The translations under genes and the position numbers were made by a program. A DNA stretch of 18,989 nucleotides from positions 1-18,989 of the forward strand of contig JAYEOX010000045.1 in NCBI GenBank assembly GCA_034723415.1. The letters run 5' to 3'. The notes under the pieces are model-generated. The model made no database searches, had not been told where the DNA came from, and saw only the letters and a program-made list of their open reading frames with translations. Of the stretch, positions 7,886 through 15,686 are shown one piece after another (position 1 is the first letter of the stretch; every line of letters starts with the position of its first letter). Origin of the DNA: Fidelibacterota bacterium. GTDB lineage: Bacteria > Fidelibacterota > Fidelibacteria > Fidelibacterales > Fidelibacteraceae.

Positions 7886-10210
7886 ATGAAAAAACAAATA
7901 ATAATTACAATTTTAATTTTTACAATCGGGTTATTTGGTATTGATGTAAGTATTTACGATATACAATATACAACAGATGCTGGCGATGGAACCTATCCTT
8001 CTACTTATAATGGATCAACTGTAACTATAGGCGGAATTGTAACAGGTGTAAACTTATATAACGATAATACATTTTTTATTGAATCATCTTCCGGCGGAGC
8101 TTGGTCAGGAATTTATGTTTACGATAAAAATCGATCTGTTTCATTGGGAGATAGTGTTATTATTACAGGTAATATTTATGAATATTATGGGCTGACCGAA
8201 ATTAAAGATATTTCAAGTTTCCAAAATATAAGTTCAGGAAATGACCTGCCACCAAAAATTAAAATTTCAACAAATGAGGCAAATTCTGAGGAAGCTTATG
8301 AAAGTGTTTTAGTTACTGTCAACGATATAATAGTTACCGATGAACCATCCGGATATGGCGATTGGAAAGTAGATGACGGAACCGGCAAATGCACGATCTC
8401 TACAGGGTTTATAGATGTAACATTAGATGGATATTCGGTTTATTTAGATGATTCACTTACAAGTATTTCAGGAATAATTAATTATTCTTATGATAATTAT
8501 CTACTTAATCCTCGTGATATAAATGATTTTGATACACTAATAAAAGATACATTAGAAATTTCAGATACACCAATTGGAGATACACTTACAATTATTCAAA
8601 AACCACTATTGAATATCCCTTTTATTGGAACGGTTGGCGACACAATTGAAATTCTATGCAAAAAAGATGAACAGATAAATAATTGGTCTGCAAATATTCA
8701 GTTTGAAAATTATAATTACTCATTACCAATTTTTAATGTAGAAAATGTAGAACATGATGGAAGTTTTTATAAGCTATTTGCTACAATACCGCAAGTTGAT
8801 TTTTATGAATTGTTTGATTTGGTCATCTCAACAGGAGTGGAAACTGATACAACTGAAAATGCTGTAAAAATTATTTCTGATTGGAAGTCAGATTATTATT
8901 TTGTTCATATCACAGATTCACATTTGATAAATCATTATTTTAGTTCGGGTTCAAATTCTGATCCGAGATTTGCAACAGATACATCCGAAATGGTTGATCT
9001 TCGAGAAGTGATAAATGATATAAACCTTATTAATCCGGAATTTGTGATTTTTACAGGAGATATTGTTAATGAAGGCGAATTAGAAGATTATCTAAATATG
9101 AGATATTATTCAAAAAGTCAGAGAATAATTGCAGAATTAAGCGTTCCGGTTTTTGTAACTTCAGGAAATCACGACCTTGGTGGATGGATTCCAACCCCAC
9201 CTGAAAAAGGAACGGCAAGACGAGATTGGTGGAGATTTTACGGCTGGAAATGGTTAGAAAATGGAACAAGTTTTTATCCGTATCACACGCAGAATTATCA
9301 TTTCAAATATGGTTCGCAAAATTTTATCGGATTGGAAGCTTATGACAATTATGACAGTTGTATGTACGATATTTATGGTGATGAAAGTTTTACAAATGAT
9401 CAATTAACATATTTGAACTCAACTTTAAATAATATGCCTGAAAATGAAAAGAAGATATTATTTTACCATTACGATTTTTCCAGTCAGATAGATCTTACCG
9501 AACTTGGAGTTGATTTAGCTCTTTGGGGACACATACATAGAGATTCAGTAAATGAAAACAGCTATGCAACAGCAGCAGTTTGTGATGGCAAACGAGCTTA
9601 CAGGATTATTAAAGTAAATTCAAATGAACTTATTCCTCAAAATACAGTTACCGCCGGATGGGACGGCGAAAAAGTAAATATTGCATATTCACCGTCAAAC
9701 GATGGAGTTTTAGATTCCTTAACTGCAACGATCGAAAATCAGCATTCGATCTCTTTTGAAAATTTTTTGATCAAATTTAAAATGCCAAAAAGCTCTGATT
9801 ATCAAATATCAAATGGTAATTTAATGCAAATCGTAGAATATGACGATAATAATATTTGTTATGTAACTACAAACTTACCCGCATCATCAACTGCTTATGT
9901 TTCAATAAAAGCACTTAACACATCTGTAAAAAATAATGTTCAAAATAACAGCTATTATCTAAATGTAAATTATCCAAATCCATTTAACGCACAAACAACT
10001 ATTGAATATCATATTCCCAAAGAAGAATTTGTATCATTAAAGATCTATAATATTTCAGGAAAACTCGTAAGAACTTTGGTTGACACGATCAAATCTGCCG
10101 GCTCACATTCTATCAAATTTGATTGTAATGATTTAGCAAGCGGGAGTTATTTTTACAAAATGACAGCAGGCGATTTTTCAGAAACAAAAAAATATGTTTT
10201 GATGAAATAA
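7886..10210 (+). CDS. Secreted OB-fold + metallophosphoesterase, copy 2, with T9SS-type-A-like C-terminal domain
   Basis: Collinear paralogue of 5837-7858 with the same metal motifs. Extra C-terminal NYPNPFN-x-x-TTI-x-Y...IYNISGKLVRTLV...LASGSYFYKM...KKYVLMK. Confidence 0.82.
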   Translation: MKKQIIITILIFTIGLFGIDVSIYDIQYTTDAGDGTYPSTYNGSTVTIGGIVTGVNLYNDNTFFIESSSGGAWSGIYVYDKNRSVSLGDSVIITGNIYEYYGLTEIKDISSFQNISSGNDLPPKIKISTNEANSEEAYESVLVTVNDIIVTDEPSGYGDWKVDDGTGKCTISTGFIDVTLDGYSVYLDDSLTSISGIINYSYDNYLLNPRDINDFDTLIKDTLEISDTPIGDTLTIIQKPLLNIPFIGTVGDTIEILCKKDEQINNWSANIQFENYNYSLPIFNVENVEHDGSFYKLFATIPQVDFYELFDLVISTGVETDTTENAVKIISDWKSDYYFVHITDSHLINHYFSSGSNSDPRFATDTSEMVDLREVINDINLINPEFVIFTGDIVNEGELEDYLNMRYYSKSQRIIAELSVPVFVTSGNHDLGGWIPTPPEKGTARRDWWRFYGWKWLENGTSFYPYHTQNYHFKYGSQNFIGLEAYDNYDSCMYDIYGDESFTNDQLTYLNSTLNNMPENEKKILFYHYDFSSQIDLTELGVDLALWGHIHRDSVNENSYATAAVCDGKRAYRIIKVNSNELIPQNTVTAGWDGEKVNIAYSPSNDGVLDSLTATIENQHSISFENFLIKFKMPKSSDYQISNGNLMQIVEYDDNNICYVTTNLPASSTAYVSIKALNTSVKNNVQNNSYYLNVNYPNPFNAQTTIEYHIPKEEFVSLKIYNISGKLVRTLVDTIKSAGSHSIKFDCNDLASGSYFYKMTAGDFSETKKYVLMK

Positions 10211-10363
10211 AAAGGTATTTTATTTGAATATTTTCAATTATTTGATAAATTAAATGAAGTGTTAGTATTTTTCATTATTTACAATCCATTTCTCATTTGT
10301 TTAATTCTAAAATAAATTTTATATTATTAATAATGAAAATAAATACTTAAAAAAATATTTTGA

Positions 10364-10579
10364 GAAAATAAGAAAAAAGGACAAAAAACTAGGGAGAAAA
10401 CTAGGGAGAAAATTATCAAATTGATAATAAAAAATCGTAATATTACTACTTTAGAACTTGCTGAAATAATTGGTATTACTAATAAAGGAATTGAATGGCA
10501 ATTGAAAAAACTTAAAGCTGATGGAATACTTAAGCGCATTGGAGATGATAAAGGCGGCTACTGGGAAATTGTTGAATAA
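10364..10579 (+). pseudogene. Start-less winged-HTH fragment, like the C-termini of Fic/AlbA/RecG-C-type accessory proteins
   Basis: Manual translation: ENKKKGQKTREKTREKIIKLIIKNRNITTLELAEIIGITNKGIEWQLKKLKADGILKRIGDDKGGYWEIVE*. In-frame TGA at 10361, no ATG, and the only alternative start is an internal TTG at 10421. A 12-bp duplication encodes KTRE-KTRE. Confidence 0.65.
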
Positions 10580-10651
10580 AATGTTGAATATCCCATAAAT
10601 ATTTGATAAGTTTAAATCAGTATTTGGCAATAAAAATAAACCCGGAAATAA

Positions 10652-10746
10652 ATGACAACTAAACAATATCTCAAAAAATAATTGTTACACTTACAGAGAC
10701 AGATCGGCTGATGAAAGAGATTGATAAGATTGAGATAGAAGTTTAA
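10652..10746 (+). pseudogene. Probable remnant of a type ISP restriction-modification (helicase/methylase-type) gene
   Basis: 10672-10746 reads QKIIVTLTETDRLMKEIDKIEIEV*, resembling the type ISP C-terminal helix as I recall it (HYQKIIVAL-x-ET-x-RLM-x-EID). It is preceded out of frame by ATG 10652 MTTKQYL. Confidence 0.55.
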
Positions 10747-10750
10747 TAAA

Positions 10751-10924
10751 AACCGTTAAAACGGTTATTAGGTGTTGTTTAGTTTCATTATCCACCCGAA
10801 TAAATTCGGGCGTTATTCTGATTTGTAAAAGTATAGTAAAACTTAGGATAACACCATAATTTATTATGGTGGGAAAAGATTGTTCACTCTCTCAATCCTC
10901 ACGCCTTTATCCGTTTCAACGGAT
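10751..10924. repeat. REP/REPIN-like nested palindromic element (A-B...B'-A')
   Basis: A is AACCGTTAAAACGGTT (10751-10766). B is CACCCGAATAAATTCGGGCGTTATT (10793-10817). B' is ATAACACCATAATTTATTATGGTG (10848-10871). A' is ATCCGTTTCAACGGAT (10909-10924). Each forms a hairpin, and B and B' are mutually inverted. Confidence 0.75.
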
Positions 10925-10953
10925 TTTAAAATTTTAGGATTGCAATTAATCAT

Positions 10954-10982
10954 TTGCAAAAGTAAGTTTTTTTTAGTAAAAT
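10954..10982 (+). promoter_or_regulatory. Putative sigma70 promoter of the plsY-led operon
   Basis: TTGCAA (10954-10959), 17-nt spacer, TAAAAT (10977-10982), then a GGAG RBS before ATG 11007. The AT-rich background limits certainty. Confidence 0.55.
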
Positions 10983-11006
10983 ATATCGATTAAAATGGAG
11001 TGAAAA

Positions 11007-11648
11007 ATGGATATAGCAATTGTAATAATATTATCATACATTATTGGATCGTTCCCGACTGCAATTATAGTGGGAAAAATTTCAAAGGGAATTGACATTC
11101 GCGACTATGGAAGCGGGAACGCCGGAGCAACAAATGTATTTCGTGAATTAGGTTGGAAATTAGGTTTAATAACAGCAATTATTGATGTTTTCAAGGGTTT
11201 CACCGCAACTTATTGGATTGCAAAGATCGGTTCAAGTAATATAGAATTACTAATGATACTCGCCGGTATTTCAGCAATTTTGGGACATTCTTTTACTATT
11301 TTTGGTGGATTTCGAGGCGGTAAAGGAGTTGCTACTGCTACAGGTATGCTTATTGCCTTATTTCCAATAGCCATTCCAATATGTTTAGTGATATTTCTTA
11401 TTACTCTTTTCACTACAGGTCATATTGCTTTAGGTTCAATGTCTGCTTCTATTACATTACCAATTATATTGTCAATAATGAAATTTGTTATGAACATGAA
11501 TATTGACCCTTATTTATTTTATTTCAGTTTAATTATACCAATATTCATAATATTTACACATCGTTCAAATATAAAAAAATTAATAGACGGCACGGAAGAA
11601 CCAATGAATAAATTAATGTTATTTAAAAGGAAAAATAAAGGAAAGTAA
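11007..11648 (+). CDS. plsY: Glycerol-3-phosphate acyltransferase PlsY
   Basis: SYIIGSFP, DIRDYGSGNAGATNVFR, DVFKG, GHSFTIFGGFRGGKGVAT and HRSNIKKL motifs; multiple TM helices. Confidence 0.96.
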   Translation: MDIAIVIILSYIIGSFPTAIIVGKISKGIDIRDYGSGNAGATNVFRELGWKLGLITAIIDVFKGFTATYWIAKIGSSNIELLMILAGISAILGHSFTIFGGFRGGKGVATATGMLIALFPIAIPICLVIFLITLFTTGHIALGSMSASITLPIILSIMKFVMNMNIDPYLFYFSLIIPIFIIFTHRSNIKKLIDGTEEPMNKLMLFKRKNKGK

Positions 11649-11649
11649 A

Positions 11650-12318
11650 GTGGACTTATTAAATAAAATTAAAGATCGTGTGGTCAGAGGACATATAAAC
11701 GCGAAATCAAGATTTCCGAAAGATCTGGAAGGTGAAGTTGGTGTAGAAGAATTGGTTCAAAAAGCACTTGATGAAAATATCCCTGTTGACAAAATTTTAA
11801 ATGATGCACTGATATCAAGTATGAGTGTTGTTGGAGATAAATATGAAAAAGGAGAAATATTTGTTCCGGAGATGTTGTTCTCAGCAAAAGCAATGAAGGG
11901 CGGATTGGCATTAATAAAACCATTGTTACTTGAAAATAAAACAAAAAGTGTCGGTACAATTATACTTGGAACTATCAAAGGCGATATGCATGATATTGGG
12001 AAAAATTTAGTTGGTATGATGCTTGAAGGAGCAGGATTTGAAATCATAGATCTTGGAGTAAATGTTACAAAAGAAAAATTTATGGAAACGGCTGAAAAGA
12101 ATCCCGGTGCATTAATTGGAATGTCAGCATTGCTCACAGTTACGATGAAAAATATGAAGGAAGTCGTTGATGCAATTAAAGTCAGCAATCTAAATACCAA
12201 AGTTATTATTGGCGGAGCTCCGGTTTCGGAATCTTTTTCTAATGAAATTGGTGCAGACGGATATGCACTAAACGCTAACCAAGCCGTCAAAGTTGCAAAA
12301 TCTGTGATTGGGATTTAA
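11650..12318 (+). CDS. Methyltransferase cognate corrinoid (B12-binding) protein, MtbC/MttC-like
   Basis: Helical cap (LISSMSVVGDKYEKGEIFVPEMLFSAKAMK) plus GTIKGDMHDIGKNLV (DxHxxG), DLG, SALLT, IIGGAPV and GADGY motifs. GTG start 1 nt after the plsY stop. Confidence 0.92.
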   Translation: MDLLNKIKDRVVRGHINAKSRFPKDLEGEVGVEELVQKALDENIPVDKILNDALISSMSVVGDKYEKGEIFVPEMLFSAKAMKGGLALIKPLLLENKTKSVGTIILGTIKGDMHDIGKNLVGMMLEGAGFEIIDLGVNVTKEKFMETAEKNPGALIGMSALLTVTMKNMKEVVDAIKVSNLNTKVIIGGAPVSESFSNEIGADGYALNANQAVKVAKSVIGI

Positions 12319-12374
12319 AATTAAAGAATTCACGCAAAGGTCGCAAAGAATAATTAGAAATTATTAAAAATTAA

Positions 12375-13427
12375 TTGGTAATAAAAAATATCGGAATAAA
12401 AATGTTTCCCAATTTACATAAGACAAATTTTGAAAATTTCCAAAACACACTTTTTAATCACAAAGGTGATTCTATTCCACTGATCGAGCTTGGAATTCAT
12501 CCGGATATTCGTAAAGAGATAGCCGGCAAACCGATTGATACGGTCAAGAAAGAGATAAATTTTATGCGATCTTTGGGATATGATTATCTGAAAGTTCAAC
12601 CGAAAATAACAATCGATATGGAACAGGATTCTACAAGCACAATAAATGAGGATTCTGATCGAGCTTGGTCGGCCGAACATAGTGGCATAATTACATCTAT
12701 GGAAGAATTTGAAAAATATAAATGGCCTGAGAAAAACGAGATTGATTATTCTCGTTTTGAAGAAGCTAATGAATTGTTGCCTGATGACATGGGAATTGTT
12801 GGCCAATATGGAGATATTTTTACTTTAACTTGGGAAATGATGGGATTTGAAACTTTCTCAATGTTGATGTATGAAGATCCGGAATTAGTTAAAGTTATAT
12901 TTAATAAAATTGGTGGTCTGATTATAAATATGTTCGAAACCATGGCTGATATGGATTTTGTAAAAGTTTTATGGTATAGTGATGATATAGCTTATGCCAC
13001 CGGATTGATGGTTAATCCTGATTTTTTCAGGGAACTCTTATTCCCATATTTAAAGAAAATCGGAGAATTAGCTAAAAAAAGAAATATCCCTTTTATTTAT
13101 CACTCTGATGGTGTTCTGTATAGCGTTCTTGATGAAATAATTGGAATGGGCATCACTGCCTTACATCCTATTGAACCAATTTCAATGGATATTAAAGAGT
13201 TGAGTAACAGATACGGCAATCAATTATGTTTGTGCGGTGGAATAGATGTTGATATTCTTTCTCGTGGGACAACAGATGATGTGGAAAAACTTACACGCAA
13301 TATTATGAATAAAGCAACTTCAAATGGCGGATGGTGCGGCGGATCATCTAACTCAATCCCCGAATATTGCTCGGCGAAAAACTACCTGAAAATGATAGAA
13401 ACGATACTTAAGGAAGGGAAATATTAA
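12375..13427 (+). CDS. Uroporphyrinogen decarboxylase-family (MtaA/CmuA-like TIM barrel) protein, probable corrinoid methyltransferase
   Basis: MGFETFS-x-x-x-YEDPELV, SDDIAY-x-x-G-x-x-V-x-P, YHSDG, LHPIEP, LCGGIDV and GGSSNSIP motifs. Lacks the HemE RQAGR motif. Adjacent to the corrinoid protein. Likely start is ATG 12402. Confidence 0.8.
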   Translation: MVIKNIGIKMFPNLHKTNFENFQNTLFNHKGDSIPLIELGIHPDIRKEIAGKPIDTVKKEINFMRSLGYDYLKVQPKITIDMEQDSTSTINEDSDRAWSAEHSGIITSMEEFEKYKWPEKNEIDYSRFEEANELLPDDMGIVGQYGDIFTLTWEMMGFETFSMLMYEDPELVKVIFNKIGGLIINMFETMADMDFVKVLWYSDDIAYATGLMVNPDFFRELLFPYLKKIGELAKKRNIPFIYHSDGVLYSVLDEIIGMGITALHPIEPISMDIKELSNRYGNQLCLCGGIDVDILSRGTTDDVEKLTRNIMNKATSNGGWCGGSSNSIPEYCSAKNYLKMIETILKEGKY

Positions 13428-13436
13428 AAGGTAAAA

Positions 13437-14360
13437 ATGAACATTATATTTATGGGAACACCGGATTTTGCTGTTCCTACATTAGACAAATTATTCAAGT
13501 CTAAACATAAAATTTCTGCAGCAGTTACAGCTACTGACAAGTCAAGCGGAAGAGGGCAAAAAGTAAAATATTCTGCTGTTAAAAAATATGCTTTGAAAAA
13601 TAATATTCCGGTTCTGCAACCAAATTCGTTACTATCAGAACAATTTAGAAATGAATTAATAAATTTGAAAGCAGATGTTTATATTGTCGTTGCTTTTCGC
13701 ATTCTTCCCAAAAAAGTTTTTAGTATCCCACAATACGGCTCGATCAATGCTCACGCTTCTATCTTACCAAAATATCGCGGTCCTGCACCAATTCATTGGG
13801 CAATTTATAATGGTGAAACAGAAACTGGTGTTACAACCTTTAAAATCGACAAGAAAGTTGATACCGGAACGATATTATTGCAGAATAAAATTTCTATTTT
13901 ACCGGAAGACAATGTCGGAACGATGTACGAAAAACTTAAATATTTAGCTGCTGATTCAATAATTGAAACTATTGAAAATATTGACAATTTAAAGCCAATA
14001 AGACAAGATGAAAAACTTGTATCAAAAGCACCGAAAATAAAAACTGAAATGGGGAAAATAAAATTTCACAAAAATGGAGAACAAATAATAAATCAGATCA
14101 GAGCTTTCACGCCTTCACCCGGAGCTTTCACTTATTTGGGCGAAACAAGATTGAAAATAATCAATGCAAAATTTGTTCCTCAATCAGACACAACTCCCGG
14201 GAAAATTAAAAAAATAGACAAAAAGCAATTTGGGATAGAATGTAAAAATGGAATTATTCTACCAGTAACTGTGCAATCTGCGGGGAAGAGAAAAATGCTT
14301 GTTAGTGATTTTATGAACGGATTTATTATCTCGCAATTCGAGTGGATAACTGATGAATGA
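13437..14360 (+). CDS. fmt: Methionyl-tRNA formyltransferase
   Basis: IIFMGTPDFAV, GRGQK, VVAFRILP, INAHASILPKYRGPAPI, GETETGVT, VDTG, APKI and IRAFTPSPGA motifs. Confidence 0.97.
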   Translation: MNIIFMGTPDFAVPTLDKLFKSKHKISAAVTATDKSSGRGQKVKYSAVKKYALKNNIPVLQPNSLLSEQFRNELINLKADVYIVVAFRILPKKVFSIPQYGSINAHASILPKYRGPAPIHWAIYNGETETGVTTFKIDKKVDTGTILLQNKISILPEDNVGTMYEKLKYLAADSIIETIENIDNLKPIRQDEKLVSKAPKIKTEMGKIKFHKNGEQIINQIRAFTPSPGAFTYLGETRLKIINAKFVPQSDTTPGKIKKIDKKQFGIECKNGIILPVTVQSAGKRKMLVSDFMNGFIISQFEWITDE

Positions 14361-15657
14361 TCAACGACTATTCATTTACAAAATATTAAAAATATGGTTT
14401 TCAACCGATAAATATATCGACCATATTCTAACTTTTGATAAGACAAATTTTAAGCAGGTTGAAAAAAGATTTATCACTAATATAATTTTTGGTGTTATAC
14501 AATGGCATCTTCAATTGGAATTCATTCTGAAGAAATTTTACAAAAGACCACCATCAATGAACATAAAGATCTTACTCTTTATCGGCACTTATGAATTGCT
14601 TTTTTTAAATAACACAAAAGATTATGCTACTGTTCATTCTATAGTGGAAATGTCAAAAAAGTTAGAAAAAAGATCAACTGCATTCATTAATGCTATTTTG
14701 CGAAAGGTAATTAAATTTCGTGAAAATGGTAGTTGGGAAAAATTTAAAAACAATAAAAACATTCCGGTTAATATAAAATACAGCTTCCCTAAATGGTTAA
14801 TAAAAAAATTACAAAAAGATTTCAAAGATAATACAAATTCATTGTTGCAAATATTCAATGAAGAACCGTTGCAAATGATAAGAATTGTGGACACAGAAAA
14901 ACGAGAAGAAATAATTTCAGAAATGAAAGATATGAAAATTTATAAAAATGAAAACATTTATGATAATAATTTCATTGAAGTAACTTCTTTTCAGCAGATA
15001 TTAGATCATTCATTTTTTACAAACGGCGGGATAACAATTCAAGATGTTTCCACAAGTTTTCCTGTAAAATTACTATTACAAGACAATCCAAAAAGTGTTG
15101 TAGATGTCTGTTCTGCTCCGGGTGGAAAATTATTTTATCTCAGAGAAAACTTATCAAAGAATGTCCCAATATTTGCTTACGACATAGATAAATATAGATT
15201 AAAAAAAACCGAGGGCAACGCTAAAAGATTATCATTATCAAATATTAATTATAAGAACGCAGATGCACAAAATTTTAGATTCCCCGAAGCTACTCATTTT
15301 CTAATTGATGCTCCCTGCTCGGGATTGGGTGTAATTAGGAAAAAGCCCGATCTTCGCTGGCGAAGAGAAGAAAAAGATATTTCAGAATTAATTGATATAC
15401 AAAAAAATATTTTACAAAATGTTTCAAAATATGTTAAAAACAACGGAGCAATTATTTATAGCACTTGTACTATTGGTGATGACGAAAATTGGAATATAAT
15501 AAATGATTTTCTTGAACATCACAAAAATTTTAAAATAGAAAAAGCAAATGAAGAAATAATTCCTTCTGAATTAATTGATAGTAATGGTGCTATAAAAACA
15601 TTACCACATTTACATTTTTGTGAAGGTTCATTTGCAGTAATGCTAAAAAAACACTAA
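14353..15657 (+). CDS. rsmB: 16S rRNA m5C967 methyltransferase RsmB/Sun
   Basis: NusB-like N-terminus (FINAILRK), IQD, DVCSAPGGK, DAPCSGLG-x-x-RKKPD and YSTCT motifs. Canonical position after fmt (8-nt overlap). Confidence 0.9.
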   Translation: MNDQRLFIYKILKIWFSTDKYIDHILTFDKTNFKQVEKRFITNIIFGVIQWHLQLEFILKKFYKRPPSMNIKILLFIGTYELLFLNNTKDYATVHSIVEMSKKLEKRSTAFINAILRKVIKFRENGSWEKFKNNKNIPVNIKYSFPKWLIKKLQKDFKDNTNSLLQIFNEEPLQMIRIVDTEKREEIISEMKDMKIYKNENIYDNNFIEVTSFQQILDHSFFTNGGITIQDVSTSFPVKLLLQDNPKSVVDVCSAPGGKLFYLRENLSKNVPIFAYDIDKYRLKKTEGNAKRLSLSNINYKNADAQNFRFPEATHFLIDAPCSGLGVIRKKPDLRWRREEKDISELIDIQKNILQNVSKYVKNNGAIIYSTCTIGDDENWNIINDFLEHHKNFKIEKANEEIIPSELIDSNGAIKTLPHLHFCEGSFAVMLKKH

Positions 15658-15686
15658 ATTACCTATATGAAAAAAGGTATTAAAAT

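Noticed and set aside
10361..10363. Selenocysteine or readthrough at the TGA before the HTH fragment
   Set aside because: Another in-frame stop lies at 10340 with no start codon between, and no SECIS-like hairpin is evident.
10327..10666. Minus-strand ORFs 10327-10539 and 10451-10666
   Set aside because: They are antisense to the + strand winged-HTH fragment, which carries the recognisable protein motif.
10750..11006. Cobalamin riboswitch upstream of the operon containing the corrinoid gene
   Set aside because: A GGGAA is present, but no B12-box or matching conserved core could be identified. The hairpins are better explained as REP-like palindromes.
12375..13427. hemE call, or a pyrrolysine-containing methylamine methyltransferase
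   Set aside because: It lacks the RQAGR motif and other hem genes. There is no in-frame TAG, and the fold motifs are UroD-like rather than MttB/MtmB-like.
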